Source: an uncultured SAR116 cluster alpha proteobacterium (lineage in GTDB: Bacteria > Pseudomonadota > Alphaproteobacteria > Puniceispirillales > Marisalimonadaceae). From it: a stretch of DNA of 64,000 bases. Position 1 is the stretch's first letter; every line of letters begins with the position of its first letter. The stretch is taken from assembly GCA_902542765.1 (NCBI GenBank), contig CACBVW010000004.1, positions 351 to 64,350 on the forward strand. The letters are read 5' to 3'. The translations under genes and the position numbers were made by a program. Positions 1-9,018 of the stretch are shown here, piece by piece. The notes under the pieces are model-generated. The model was not told the origin of the DNA and did not search any database. It saw only the letters and a program-made list of their open reading frames with translations.

Positions 1-495
1 TCTATTGGAAAAGGATTTGGAATTGATTTAATTGGAAAAAAATTAAATCAACTTGGAATAAAAAATTATTTAATCAATATTGGAGGAGACATCCTAACTA
101 AAGGCCACAATAAGAAAAATAAAAAATGGATTATTGGCATTGAAAATCCAAATTTAAAAGAAAAATTAATTAAGGAGATAGTCAATTTAACAAACAAAGG
201 GTTAGCAACATCAGGAGATTATAAAAATTTTTTCACTACTGACGGCAAAAGATATTCACACATCATAAATCCAAAAACAGGAAAGCCAATAATGCATTCA
301 ACAAAGTCAGTAACTGTAATCCATGACAATTCAATGAAAGCTGATGGATGGGCAACAGCCCTTTTAGCTTTAGGAAGGGTGGATGGATTAAAAATAGCAG
401 AAAAAGAGAAGATTGCAGTTCTGTTTATTGATGAAATTGATGATAAATTTTTAAAATTTAAAAGTAATCAATTTTTAAATTTTAAACAAAATTGA
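1..495 (+). CDS. apbE: FAD:protein FMN transferase ApbE, 5'-truncated by the window edge
   Basis: Frame open from base 1: SIGKGFGID...YLINIGGDI...LATSGDYKNFF...RYSHIINPKTG...SVTV...ADGWATA; the 292..495 ORF is only its C-terminus. Confidence 0.93.
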   Translation, partial: SIGKGFGIDLIGKKLNQLGIKNYLINIGGDILTKGHNKKNKKWIIGIENPNLKEKLIKEIVNLTNKGLATSGDYKNFFTTDGKRYSHIINPKTGKPIMHSTKSVTVIHDNSMKADGWATALLALGRVDGLKIAEKEKIAVLFIDEIDDKFLKFKSNQFLNFKQN

Positions 496-529
496 TTGAG
501 ATTTTAGACTAATAGTTGTAATACAAGCT

Positions 530-742
530 ATGGAAATTTTTATTATTACATTCGTAATATTTTTAATTATTATTTTAATAATGTCATTAGGCGTGATGTT
601 AATGAATAAAAATATCAAAGGAAGTTGTGGCGGCTTGAATGCAATCTCTGGCTCAAATAAGTGCTCAGTATGTAATAAAGATATAGATCCTAATAGTCCA
701 TTAGCAACTCAACTTAACTGTAAAAAAGCACAAAAAATTTAA
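530..742 (+). CDS. nqrM: Na(+)-NQR maturation protein NqrM (DUF539)
   Basis: N-terminal TM helix, then IKGSCGGL and three more Cys; directly after apbE as in nqr operons. Confidence 0.88.
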   Translation: MEIFIITFVIFLIIILIMSLGVMLMNKNIKGSCGGLNAISGSNKCSVCNKDIDPNSPLATQLNCKKAQKI

Positions 743-754
743 CATTTCTTATAT

Positions 755-961
755 TTAATTGTGTGGTAAAAATGCTAATATCAAAAATGAAATTAAATTT
801 ATAATTCCATAAATCCACGCTTTTGTTTGCCACCCTTCTTTTTTATTTTTCCAATTAACTATAAATAATCTTCCAAAAATAATGAATATAATTAATAAAA
901 TTAGAGAGTTAGAAAGAGAATAAGAAAAAAATTCAACAAATTTATCATACTCTGTAAACAT
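755..961 (-). CDS. small hypothetical membrane protein (2 TM)
   Basis: 68 aa, two hydrophobic segments around a WKNKKEGW loop; starts 4 nt after the upstream DMT gene and fills the gap. Confidence 0.6.
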   Translation of the reverse strand: MFTEYDKFVEFFSYSLSNSLILLIIFIIFGRLFIVNWKNKKEGWQTKAWIYGIINLISFLILAFLPHN

Positions 962-965
962 AAAA

Positions 966-1862
966 TTATTTCAACTTTTGTACTTGATTATATTCAAAAA
1001 GATAAATTCCAGTAAAGATCATTATTAATGATAATAAATGAAAAAACTGAAATTCTTCTCCTAAAAAAAATACTGCTAATAATGAACTAAAAACTGGTAC
1101 TAAATTAGTATATAAACCAGATCTTGAAGGACCTATTTTTTCAACACCCTTCATAAAAAAAATCTGTGCCAAAAATGATGGAAAGATAATTATAACTCCC
1201 AATATTATGAAACCTTTTTGGCCAGGTAAAATTAATTGATTAGAATAAGTCTCATAAATGAAACCTGGAAGAGAGCCCAAAAATGCAATATAAGCAAAAA
1301 AAGTTAATAAAGGCAAAGCACTAATTTTAGGTTTTTTTCTTAGACCAACTGCATAAATTGCATACAAGGTACAAGCAAATATCATTACAATATCACCACT
1401 GTTTAATTCTAATTCAATTAAGGCATTAAAGTTACCAGAACAAACAACAATTAATACTGCTATAAAAGTTATCAAAACACCTAAAAATTGTGTAAAATTG
1501 ATTTTATCTTTCAACCATATCCATGCAGTTATAATTATAAAAGCAGGCATTGTTCCTTGAACCAAACCAAGATTAATAGCTATTGTATCATGTGCTGCAA
1601 TATAATACGCAGAATTAAAACCAGTAAAGCCAAATAAACCCATGAATATTAGCCATTTGATTTTTTTGTTTAATATGCTCCAAGTTTCAATTAATTGATT
1701 TCTACATAAAATTGATAAAATTATTGAAACAAAAAACCACCTCACACTGACTATTAATAAAGGTGAAACTTCTCCTACTGCTGCTCTTCCAGCAACAGTA
1801 TTAAATGCCCAAAATATTGATGTTAACGTTAACAGAAAATGAGGATTAGTTAAAATTTTCAT
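966..1862 (-). CDS. EamA/DMT family transporter
   Basis: About 10 TM helices in two repeats; G..KIGPSRSGLYTNLVPVF..FLGE signature. Confidence 0.9.
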   Translation of the reverse strand: MKILTNPHFLLTLTSIFWAFNTVAGRAAVGEVSPLLIVSVRWFFVSIILSILCRNQLIETWSILNKKIKWLIFMGLFGFTGFNSAYYIAAHDTIAINLGLVQGTMPAFIIITAWIWLKDKINFTQFLGVLITFIAVLIVVCSGNFNALIELELNSGDIVMIFACTLYAIYAVGLRKKPKISALPLLTFFAYIAFLGSLPGFIYETYSNQLILPGQKGFIILGVIIIFPSFLAQIFFMKGVEKIGPSRSGLYTNLVPVFSSLLAVFFLGEEFQFFHLLSLIMIFTGIYLFEYNQVQKLK

Positions 1863-1970
1863 AAATTTTGATTTAATACGCTTAAATATATTGAATTAAA
1901 AAAAATTAATTGTTATTTATTTAGTATAATTCTTTTACATCATATTCAAACTTAATTTTTGGGAGATAAA

Positions 1971-2843
1971 ATGTCAGAAACACAATATTTAGCTGCAAAA
2001 ACTATTGATGAAGCAGTTAATGCTCATGAAAAAGCCAATGGAACAGCACGTTTTTTAGCTGGTGGAACAGATTTGTTAGTTCAAATCAAAAGCGGTATCA
2101 GAAAGCCGAATTTAGTTATAGACATTAAAAAAATTGTTGAGTTAAATTCTATTAATGAAAATTCAGATGGTGAATTTGAAATTGGTGCCTCAGTATCAGG
2201 CGCTAATTTAAATAGAAATTCTAAATTTGCTAAACTTTGGCCAGGTGTATTAGAGGCATTCAGATTAATTGGATCAGAACAGATACAAGGAAGAGCGTCT
2301 TTAGGTGGAAATCTATGCAACGGATCACCAGCCGGTGATAGTGTTCCAGCTTTAATCGCAGCTGGTTGTAAAGCAGTTATTGCTGGTCCAAAAGGTAGAA
2401 AAGATGTACCTATTGAAAATTTTCATTTAGGACCAGGAAAAACCGTTTTAGAAAATGGAGAAATGCTCGTGAGTTTAAAATTTCCTAAACGTGTATCAAA
2501 TTCTGCGGATGCTTATTTAAGAATGACTCCTAGAACTGAGATGGATATTGCTGTTGTTGGTTGTGGTGTGAATATTTCATTGGAAAATGATATTTGTACT
2601 CACGCAAGAGTTTCTTTAGGTGCTGTTGCACCAACACCCTTATTAATTAAGGAAGCATCAGATATTATGATTGGATCAAAGCTTGATGATGACACTCTAG
2701 ATAGGGTTTCCAAAATATGTATGGATGCTTGTAATCCAATTAATGATAAAAGAGGAACAGTTGACTATAGAACAAAAGTTGCAGGCGTTTTGGCTAAAAG
2801 AGCTACAAAATTAGCAGCTGAAAGAATTGGAGGAAATAAATAG
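1971..2843 (+). CDS. molybdenum hydroxylase FAD-binding subunit (CoxM/XdhB-like)
   Basis: LAGGTDL and ASLGGNLCNGSPAGD motifs; ATG 1971 preceded by GGGAG. Confidence 0.92.
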   Translation: MSETQYLAAKTIDEAVNAHEKANGTARFLAGGTDLLVQIKSGIRKPNLVIDIKKIVELNSINENSDGEFEIGASVSGANLNRNSKFAKLWPGVLEAFRLIGSEQIQGRASLGGNLCNGSPAGDSVPALIAAGCKAVIAGPKGRKDVPIENFHLGPGKTVLENGEMLVSLKFPKRVSNSADAYLRMTPRTEMDIAVVGCGVNISLENDICTHARVSLGAVAPTPLLIKEASDIMIGSKLDDDTLDRVSKICMDACNPINDKRGTVDYRTKVAGVLAKRATKLAAERIGGNK

Positions 2844-2844
2844 T

Positions 2845-3324
2845 ATGGCAAAAATTCAAGTTTCAACTAAAATAAACAACGAAAATATAGACTATTTATG
2901 TGAACCACATGATACTATGTTGGATGTTTTAAGAAACCAATTAAATTTGACTGGATCGAAAGAAAGCTGTGGTTCAGGTGATTGTGGTTCTTGTAGTGTA
3001 ATCCTTGATGGTGAATTAATCTGCTCTTGTTTGATGTTAGCTGCAGAAGCAGAAGGAAGCAATATTGAAACTATTGAAGGTATGTCAGAAGGTGGCAAAC
3101 TTCATGCATTACAACAAAAATTTCTTGAAAAAGCTGCACTTCAATGTGGCATTTGTACACCTGGTTTCTTAATGGCTTCTAAAGCTTTATTAGACCATAA
3201 CCCTTCACCAACAGAAACTGAAGTAAGATATTGGCTGGCTGGCAATTTATGTAGATGTACTGGATATGACAAGATTGTAAAAGCTGTATTAGAAGTTGCT
3301 GATGAAATGAAGGAGAGTGCATAA
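2845..3324 (+). CDS. molybdenum hydroxylase [2Fe-2S] subunit (CoxS-like)
   Basis: CGSGDCGSC..CSC and QCGICTPG..NLCRCTGY; ATG 2845 preceded by GGAGG. Confidence 0.94.
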   Translation: MAKIQVSTKINNENIDYLCEPHDTMLDVLRNQLNLTGSKESCGSGDCGSCSVILDGELICSCLMLAAEAEGSNIETIEGMSEGGKLHALQQKFLEKAALQCGICTPGFLMASKALLDHNPSPTETEVRYWLAGNLCRCTGYDKIVKAVLEVADEMKESA

Positions 3325-5561
3325 TGAATGAAATTAGCAATAAATGGATTGGTAAAAACACTATTAGACCTGACGGTGCAGATAAGGTTACTGGTCGAGC
3401 ACAATATTCATCAGACACAACAATGCCAGGTATGATTTGGGGTCATGTATTAAGAAGCCCTCATCCACACGCTAAAATTTTGTCTATTAACACAAAAAAG
3501 GCAGAGGAATTAGAAGGAGTTAAGGCAGTAATTACATCCAAAGATGTTGTTGACTTCCCTATTGATACGCCAGTTATACTTGGTATCCAAGATATGCGAT
3601 GGATGTGTAGAAATGTTATGGCTAGAGACAAAGTTCTTTTTCATGGCCATCCACTTGCAGCGGTTGCTGCAACAACTGAGGAAATAGCAGAAAAAGCATG
3701 TGAATTAATAGAGGTAGAATACGAAGTTTTACCATGGGCCATTGAGATTGACGACGCAATAAAACCTGACGCCCCTATTCTACATGATCACATTAAATTT
3801 GAAGGAAAGTCTTCAAATATAGCTGGCACGCTAGAGCATAAAAAAGGTGATATTGATAAAGGTTTTTCAGAATCTGATGTCATTATAGAAAGGGAATTTA
3901 AAACAGAAGCAGTACATCAAGGTTACTTAGAAACACATTCATGTTTAGTAAGTGTTGCGGCAGATGGTAGAGCTACTATATGGAGCTCAAGCCAAGGTCA
4001 ATTTATGGTTAGAGCAATGACCTCATATTTAACAGGTATACCTCAGAGTAACATCAGAGCAATACCTGCTGAAATTGGTGGAGGATTTGGAGGCAAAACT
4101 ATTGTTTATTTGGAACCATTAGCTACTATCTTGTCACAAAAAACAGGCCGTCCAGTTAAAATAGTTATGAACAGAGAAGATACAATGAGAGCTTCCGGGC
4201 CTACATCTGGATCTAAAAGCAAAATTAAAATTGGTGCTACTAAAGATGGAAAGATTGTTGCGGCACAAGGAACATATTATTTACAAGCAGGAGCTTTTCC
4301 CGGTTCACCTATTAGAGGTGCAGTAGGATGCTCTCTTGCACCATATGACATTCCTAATGCACATACTTTTGGTTATGACGTTGTATCTAACAGATGTAAA
4401 GTTGCTGCATACAGAGCTCCTGGAGCTCCTATTGGTGCATATGGAGTCGAATGTGTTTTAGACGAAATTGCTGAAAAACTTAACATGTGTCCTTTGGAAT
4501 TAAGAAAAATTAATGCTGCAAAAGAAGGAACCCAAGCAGTCCACGGCCCTACTTATCCTCAAATGGGATATTTGGAAACAGTTGAAGCAGCAATAAACCA
4601 TCCTCATTATAAAGCTCCTTTAGGCAAGCATCAAGGTCGAGGCGTAGCTAGTGGTTTTTGGTTTAATGCTGGTGGAGAATCAAGCGCACAGTTAAACATC
4701 ACTGAAGACGGTAATGTAGTTGTAACTACAGGACATCCGGATATTGGAGGTTCCAGAGCATCTATAGCCAATATTACTGCTGAATTATTAGGTATTCATC
4801 ATGATAAAGTATCGGTTTTAATTGGTGACACAGCAACAATTGGATACAGCAACCTTACTGGTGGAAGTAGAGTATTATTTGCTTCTGCAATGGTAGTAAC
4901 TGAATCTGCAAAAATAGTAATTAAACAATTAAAACAAAGAGCAGCTAAAATTTGGGGTATTGATGAAGAGGCAATTGAGTGGGAAAATGGTGAAGCCAGA
5001 CCTGCCGGTGATAATGCAGGAAAATTTGCTCCACTTACACTGGCTGAATTAGCAGAAAAAGCCACCGCGACCGGTGGTCCAATTGGTGCTGGATACCAGG
5101 TAAACACTGAAGGTGCTGAAGGTGGCTTTGCAACTCATATTTGTGATGTTGAAGTTGATATGGATCTTGGTATAGTAAGAGTAAAGCGATACACATCTAT
5201 ACAAGACGTTGGTAAGGCCATTCATCCTGATTATGTGGAAGGCCAGCTTCATGGTGGTTGTGTTCAAGGTATTGGCTGGGCTTTAAGCGAAGAATATATC
5301 TACAATAAAGATGGTCATTTGGATAACACTGGATTTTTGGATTATAGAATGCCTGTCTGCTCAGATTTACCAATGTTAGACACTGTATTAATAGAAATTC
5401 CTAACCCCAAACATCCGCAAGGGGTAAGAGGTGTAGGTGAAGTTCCTTTAGTTCCACCCTTGGCAGCTATATCAAATGCAGTTTATCAAGCAATCGGAAA
5501 ACGTTCGTACAGCCTTCCGATGTCGCCACCTAAAGTATTGAAGATTATAGAGGGTAATTAA
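3324..5561 (+). CDS. xanthine dehydrogenase-family molybdopterin-binding large subunit (CoxL-like, not a form I CODH)
   Basis: KVTGRA, GGGFGGK, AYRAPG, GGSR, GQLHGG, GVGE motifs; TAATG overlap with small subunit. Confidence 0.92.
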   Translation: MNEISNKWIGKNTIRPDGADKVTGRAQYSSDTTMPGMIWGHVLRSPHPHAKILSINTKKAEELEGVKAVITSKDVVDFPIDTPVILGIQDMRWMCRNVMARDKVLFHGHPLAAVAATTEEIAEKACELIEVEYEVLPWAIEIDDAIKPDAPILHDHIKFEGKSSNIAGTLEHKKGDIDKGFSESDVIIEREFKTEAVHQGYLETHSCLVSVAADGRATIWSSSQGQFMVRAMTSYLTGIPQSNIRAIPAEIGGGFGGKTIVYLEPLATILSQKTGRPVKIVMNREDTMRASGPTSGSKSKIKIGATKDGKIVAAQGTYYLQAGAFPGSPIRGAVGCSLAPYDIPNAHTFGYDVVSNRCKVAAYRAPGAPIGAYGVECVLDEIAEKLNMCPLELRKINAAKEGTQAVHGPTYPQMGYLETVEAAINHPHYKAPLGKHQGRGVASGFWFNAGGESSAQLNITEDGNVVVTTGHPDIGGSRASIANITAELLGIHHDKVSVLIGDTATIGYSNLTGGSRVLFASAMVVTESAKIVIKQLKQRAAKIWGIDEEAIEWENGEARPAGDNAGKFAPLTLAELAEKATATGGPIGAGYQVNTEGAEGGFATHICDVEVDMDLGIVRVKRYTSIQDVGKAIHPDYVEGQLHGGCVQGIGWALSEEYIYNKDGHLDNTGFLDYRMPVCSDLPMLDTVLIEIPNPKHPQGVRGVGEVPLVPPLAAISNAVYQAIGKRSYSLPMSPPKVLKIIEGN

Positions 5562-5591
5562 TTGTAAAATACAGTTTTATTATTTAGATAA

Positions 5592-6542
5592 ATGAATCAA
5601 AATAATAAAACTTTGATAATATTAGCTTATTTTTCTGCACTTCTAGGTGTTTGTGGCCATGCTAGTTCTGAATTTTTTGTTAAACTTTCAGGGATTTCTG
5701 GGGTGGAGGTATCAGTTTGGAGATTTGGCTTAGGTGGCTTTGCCTTATTAATATTGTGCTTAATTAATCCAACATCTAGAAACTTAATTACACCACTAAA
5801 AAAAGATCCCTACCCCATTGTTATTCTTTCAGTTTTTGGGATGGCATTTGGACAATTTTTATTTCATTGGGCCTTAGATTTTGCTTCTGTTGTACAAGTT
5901 GCTACTATGGTTACAATAATGCCAATAGGAGTTGTTTTTGTAGCTCGTATAATTGAAGGAACTATAATTACACCTCCCAAAATTATAAGTGGAATTGGTG
6001 CCTTTCTAGGATGTGTTTTTTTACTTACCGACGGCTACTTAGAACAACTTACTGGGACTGGGGATAGTATCTTGGGCATTTATTTATCTATTGGATGCGC
6101 ATTAGTTGGAGCAATTTATCTGGTTATGGTTAAACCATATGTACAATTATATGGACCTGTAAGAATGACTACATACACTTTTGTACTGGGCTTTATAGCT
6201 TTATATCCATCTATAGGTGTTATTTGGAATATTTGGGTAAATCCATTTGATCTTTTTGATAGAACACATATTGAGTATATGTCAATTATAACTCTTGGTG
6301 TCTGGAACACTTGTATAGCGTTCATACTTTGGTTGTGGGGGCTATCTAAAATTCCTGATGTAGCAAGAGGAAATTATTTGTTTTTCTTGAAACCTGTAAT
6401 TGCTTTAGGATTAGCATTTTTCATTCTTGAAGACGAAATTACAATTAATCAATTAATTTCTATTTTTACAATAACTGGATTTGTAATATTAGAAATTTTT
6501 TATTCTCCAATTTCTAATTTTTTAAAATTAAAAAGAAATTAA
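5592..6542 (+). CDS. EamA/DMT family transporter
   Basis: About 10 TM, two EamA repeats; 30 nt after the Mo-subunit stop, same strand. Confidence 0.87.
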   Translation: MNQNNKTLIILAYFSALLGVCGHASSEFFVKLSGISGVEVSVWRFGLGGFALLILCLINPTSRNLITPLKKDPYPIVILSVFGMAFGQFLFHWALDFASVVQVATMVTIMPIGVVFVARIIEGTIITPPKIISGIGAFLGCVFLLTDGYLEQLTGTGDSILGIYLSIGCALVGAIYLVMVKPYVQLYGPVRMTTYTFVLGFIALYPSIGVIWNIWVNPFDLFDRTHIEYMSIITLGVWNTCIAFILWLWGLSKIPDVARGNYLFFLKPVIALGLAFFILEDEITINQLISIFTITGFVILEIFYSPISNFLKLKRN

Positions 6543-6610
6543 TCAATCTTATAAAAAAATTTTCAACTTAATATAAAAATGTTATTCATATCAAAAAGAT
6601 AAATCGTCAT

Positions 6611-6764
6611 ATGAACATTGGAAAAAATTAGATTTGGATCAATGGGATTAAATTTAGCTAAGAATATTATATTAACAAAACATAAAGTTCGTGCATTTGA
6701 AGAAACTCTTACAACAGAAGAAAAGATATCACATTTAACTTCTAATATTAAAATTAAGTTTTGA
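6611..6764 (+). pseudogene. degraded N-terminal fragment of an NAD(P)-binding dehydrogenase (6-phosphogluconate/3-hydroxyisobutyrate dehydrogenase family)
   Basis: ATG AAC ATT GGA AAA [+1 shift in A6 run] ATT AGA TTT GGA TCA ATG GGA TTA AAT TTA GCT AAG AAT = MNIGK/IRFGSMGLNLAKNIILTKHKVRAFE, matching IGxIGLGxMGxNLAxN..GHxVxxFD; stops at 6764. Confidence 0.65.
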
Positions 6765-6766
6765 TT

Positions 6767-8053
6767 ATGGAAAATAAAAATAATAATTACAGTGATATAC
6801 CTGAAAAAATTCAATTCGATTCAAATTTTAAAGAAATCTTTAATTTAATGGAGCATTCTAAGCAAAATATTTTTATCACTGGAAAAGCTGGCACAGGAAA
6901 AACCACCCTATTAGAATATTTTAGAATTAATTCAAAAAAGAATTTTGTAATATTAGCCTCAACGGGAATATCTGCAATAAAAGCTAAAGGAAAAACTATT
7001 CATTCCTTTTTTCTATTTCCACCAAGAATATTAATTAATGAAAAAATCAAAAGATTACGAAGCAAAGTAATAAGTAAAATTGATACTATTTTAATTGATG
7101 AATGCTCTATGATAAGATGTGATGTACTCGATGCTATAGATCAATCACTTAGATTAAACAGAAATAATGACAAAAGCTTTGGCGGTATTCAAATTATTCT
7201 TTTAGGAGACTTACATCAACTTCCACCAGTAATAAGGGAAAATGAAAGAGAAATTTTTAATAATTTTTATCCACTTGGTCATTATTTTTTTAATGCGAAT
7301 TGCTTTGAGCCAAGTGATATTAAAACCTATGAATTAACAAAGGTCTATAGACAAAAAGATGAAGATTTTATTAATATACTCAACAATATTAGATCTGGGA
7401 ACATAAATGATAATGATCTTTTTATATTAAACAACAGGGTCGTTAATGAAAGTTTAGATATACCGTCAGAAACAATAATATTGTCACCTACAAATAGAAG
7501 AGTGGATTCTATAAATAATGCTAACCTTCAAAATATAAATAGTGAAACATTTTCTTATGAGTCAACTGAAACAGGTGACTTCAAAGAAAAGCCAGCTGAC
7601 GAAATTCTTGAGTTAAAAGTTGGAGCTCAAGTAATGCTCATTAAAAATGATTTAAAATCTCCTAAAAGATGGGTTAATGGATCAATTGGTATAGTTACAC
7701 AGTTAACGGATAATTCTATTCATTTAAAAATTAAAAATAAAATCTATAAAATTACACAAGATACTTGGGAAAAATTTGATTATCTAATTAAAGATGGTCA
7801 AGTTATACATGAAGTTGTAGCAACTTTTACTCAATACCCTATTAAGTTAGCTTGGGCTGTAACAATACATAAAAGCCAAGGACAAACATTTGAAAAAGCT
7901 ATAATAGATTTAGACAAAGGCTCGTTTGCCCCTGGTCAAACATATGTAGCATTAAGTAGAGTAACTTCTTTAGATGGTCTTTTTTTAACTCGAGCGATAA
8001 ATGTTTCTGATGTGGTTTTTGATCAAAATATTGAAGATTATTTTTCTAGTTGA
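6767..8053 (+). CDS. Pif1-family (SF1B) DNA helicase
   Basis: GKAGTGKT, STGISA, TIHSFF, IDECSM, FGGIQIILLGDLHQLPPV, LTKVYRQ, LKVGAQVM..N, QYPIKLAWAVTIHKSQGQT, GQTYVALSRV. Confidence 0.9.
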   Translation: MENKNNNYSDIPEKIQFDSNFKEIFNLMEHSKQNIFITGKAGTGKTTLLEYFRINSKKNFVILASTGISAIKAKGKTIHSFFLFPPRILINEKIKRLRSKVISKIDTILIDECSMIRCDVLDAIDQSLRLNRNNDKSFGGIQIILLGDLHQLPPVIRENEREIFNNFYPLGHYFFNANCFEPSDIKTYELTKVYRQKDEDFINILNNIRSGNINDNDLFILNNRVVNESLDIPSETIILSPTNRRVDSINNANLQNINSETFSYESTETGDFKEKPADEILELKVGAQVMLIKNDLKSPKRWVNGSIGIVTQLTDNSIHLKIKNKIYKITQDTWEKFDYLIKDGQVIHEVVATFTQYPIKLAWAVTIHKSQGQTFEKAIIDLDKGSFAPGQTYVALSRVTSLDGLFLTRAINVSDVVFDQNIEDYFSS

Positions 8054-8997
8054 TTTTTTGTTTTTATCTGTTCTCGAAAAGCAATTAAAATACCTGAAAA
8101 AGCAATTAAAAACATTCCAAATATATTTGAATAACTAGGCCAAACTCCAAATAAAAGTTTTCCCCAAATGGTTGCAAAAACTAAATATGAGTAATCCATT
8201 GGAGCTAACCAACTACTTTCAGCTGTCTGGTAAGCTTTAGCTAAAAGCATGTTACCTGTAATATTTAAGATTGAACATGATAAACAAAAAGAAAAAACGA
8301 TAAAAGTTAATAATGGCCATCCTATAAAAACAAATGGACTTGCTTCTCTGTAAATGTTTTCTATATAAAAATACTCAAAGAATAATATTCCCAAAGATGC
8401 AGAGACAAAAAACATTACACCTACAGCCAATGTAAGAGAGATTACAGATTCTTCTCTACAATATCTTCTAATAAGAATAATATTACAAGCAAAGAAAAAA
8501 CCAGCCATTATAGGCAATATTTGTAATAGCAAAAAATCTTCAGACCATGGCTCTAATATCAACAAAGCTCCTAAACTCCCTAATATCAAAGCAAAAGTCC
8601 TCCAAATTCCAATCCTTTCTTTAAGAAAGACAATGGCTAATAAAGATACAAAAATTGGAAAAGTATAAAGACCAGCCGCCATCTGCGCAAAACTTAATTT
8701 TGGAGATGCTGCAAAGAAGCAAAACATGCAAGTTGTCATCGTTAGAGCTCTGAAATATACGGGCTTCCAGTTAAGTGGAAACAGTAGATGAATACTGTTA
8801 GTAAATTTAGCTATTAAAAAAAGTAAAAATATATTTCCAATTGATCTTATAAATTGCAATTGCCAAAAACTTGTTTCACTAGACATTAGTTTGATTAAAC
8901 TATCCTGCAAAGATAAAATTATTACCCCTAAAACTAACATTATTAGTGAAGAAAAGGGATTATCTCTAACTTGTGAACTAAAAAAATCAAATCTCAC
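8038..8997 (-). CDS. EamA/DMT family transporter
   Basis: About 10 TM; FLKERIG and AYQTAESSWLAPMDYSYL signatures; GTG start. Confidence 0.9.
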   Translation of the reverse strand: MRFDFFSSQVRDNPFSSLIMLVLGVIILSLQDSLIKLMSSETSFWQLQFIRSIGNIFLLFLIAKFTNSIHLLFPLNWKPVYFRALTMTTCMFCFFAASPKLSFAQMAAGLYTFPIFVSLLAIVFLKERIGIWRTFALILGSLGALLILEPWSEDFLLLQILPIMAGFFFACNIILIRRYCREESVISLTLAVGVMFFVSASLGILFFEYFYIENIYREASPFVFIGWPLLTFIVFSFCLSCSILNITGNMLLAKAYQTAESSWLAPMDYSYLVFATIWGKLLFGVWPSYSNIFGMFLIAFSGILIAFREQIKTKNQLEK

Positions 8998-9018
8998 TAT
9001 ATTGAAACCTAAGCAGAA

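Noticed and set aside
3324-5561. Aerobic CO dehydrogenase (coxL) call
   Set aside because: No AYxCSFR Cu-binding loop and no cox accessory genes
2081-6325. Minus-strand ORFs of 68-102 aa inside the Mo-hydroxylase and DMT genes
   Set aside because: Antisense shadows of well-supported genes; no motifs or SD
6563-6814. 83-aa minus-strand ORF
   Set aside because: Overlaps the helicase start, no motif; the plus-strand dehydrogenase remnant explains the region better
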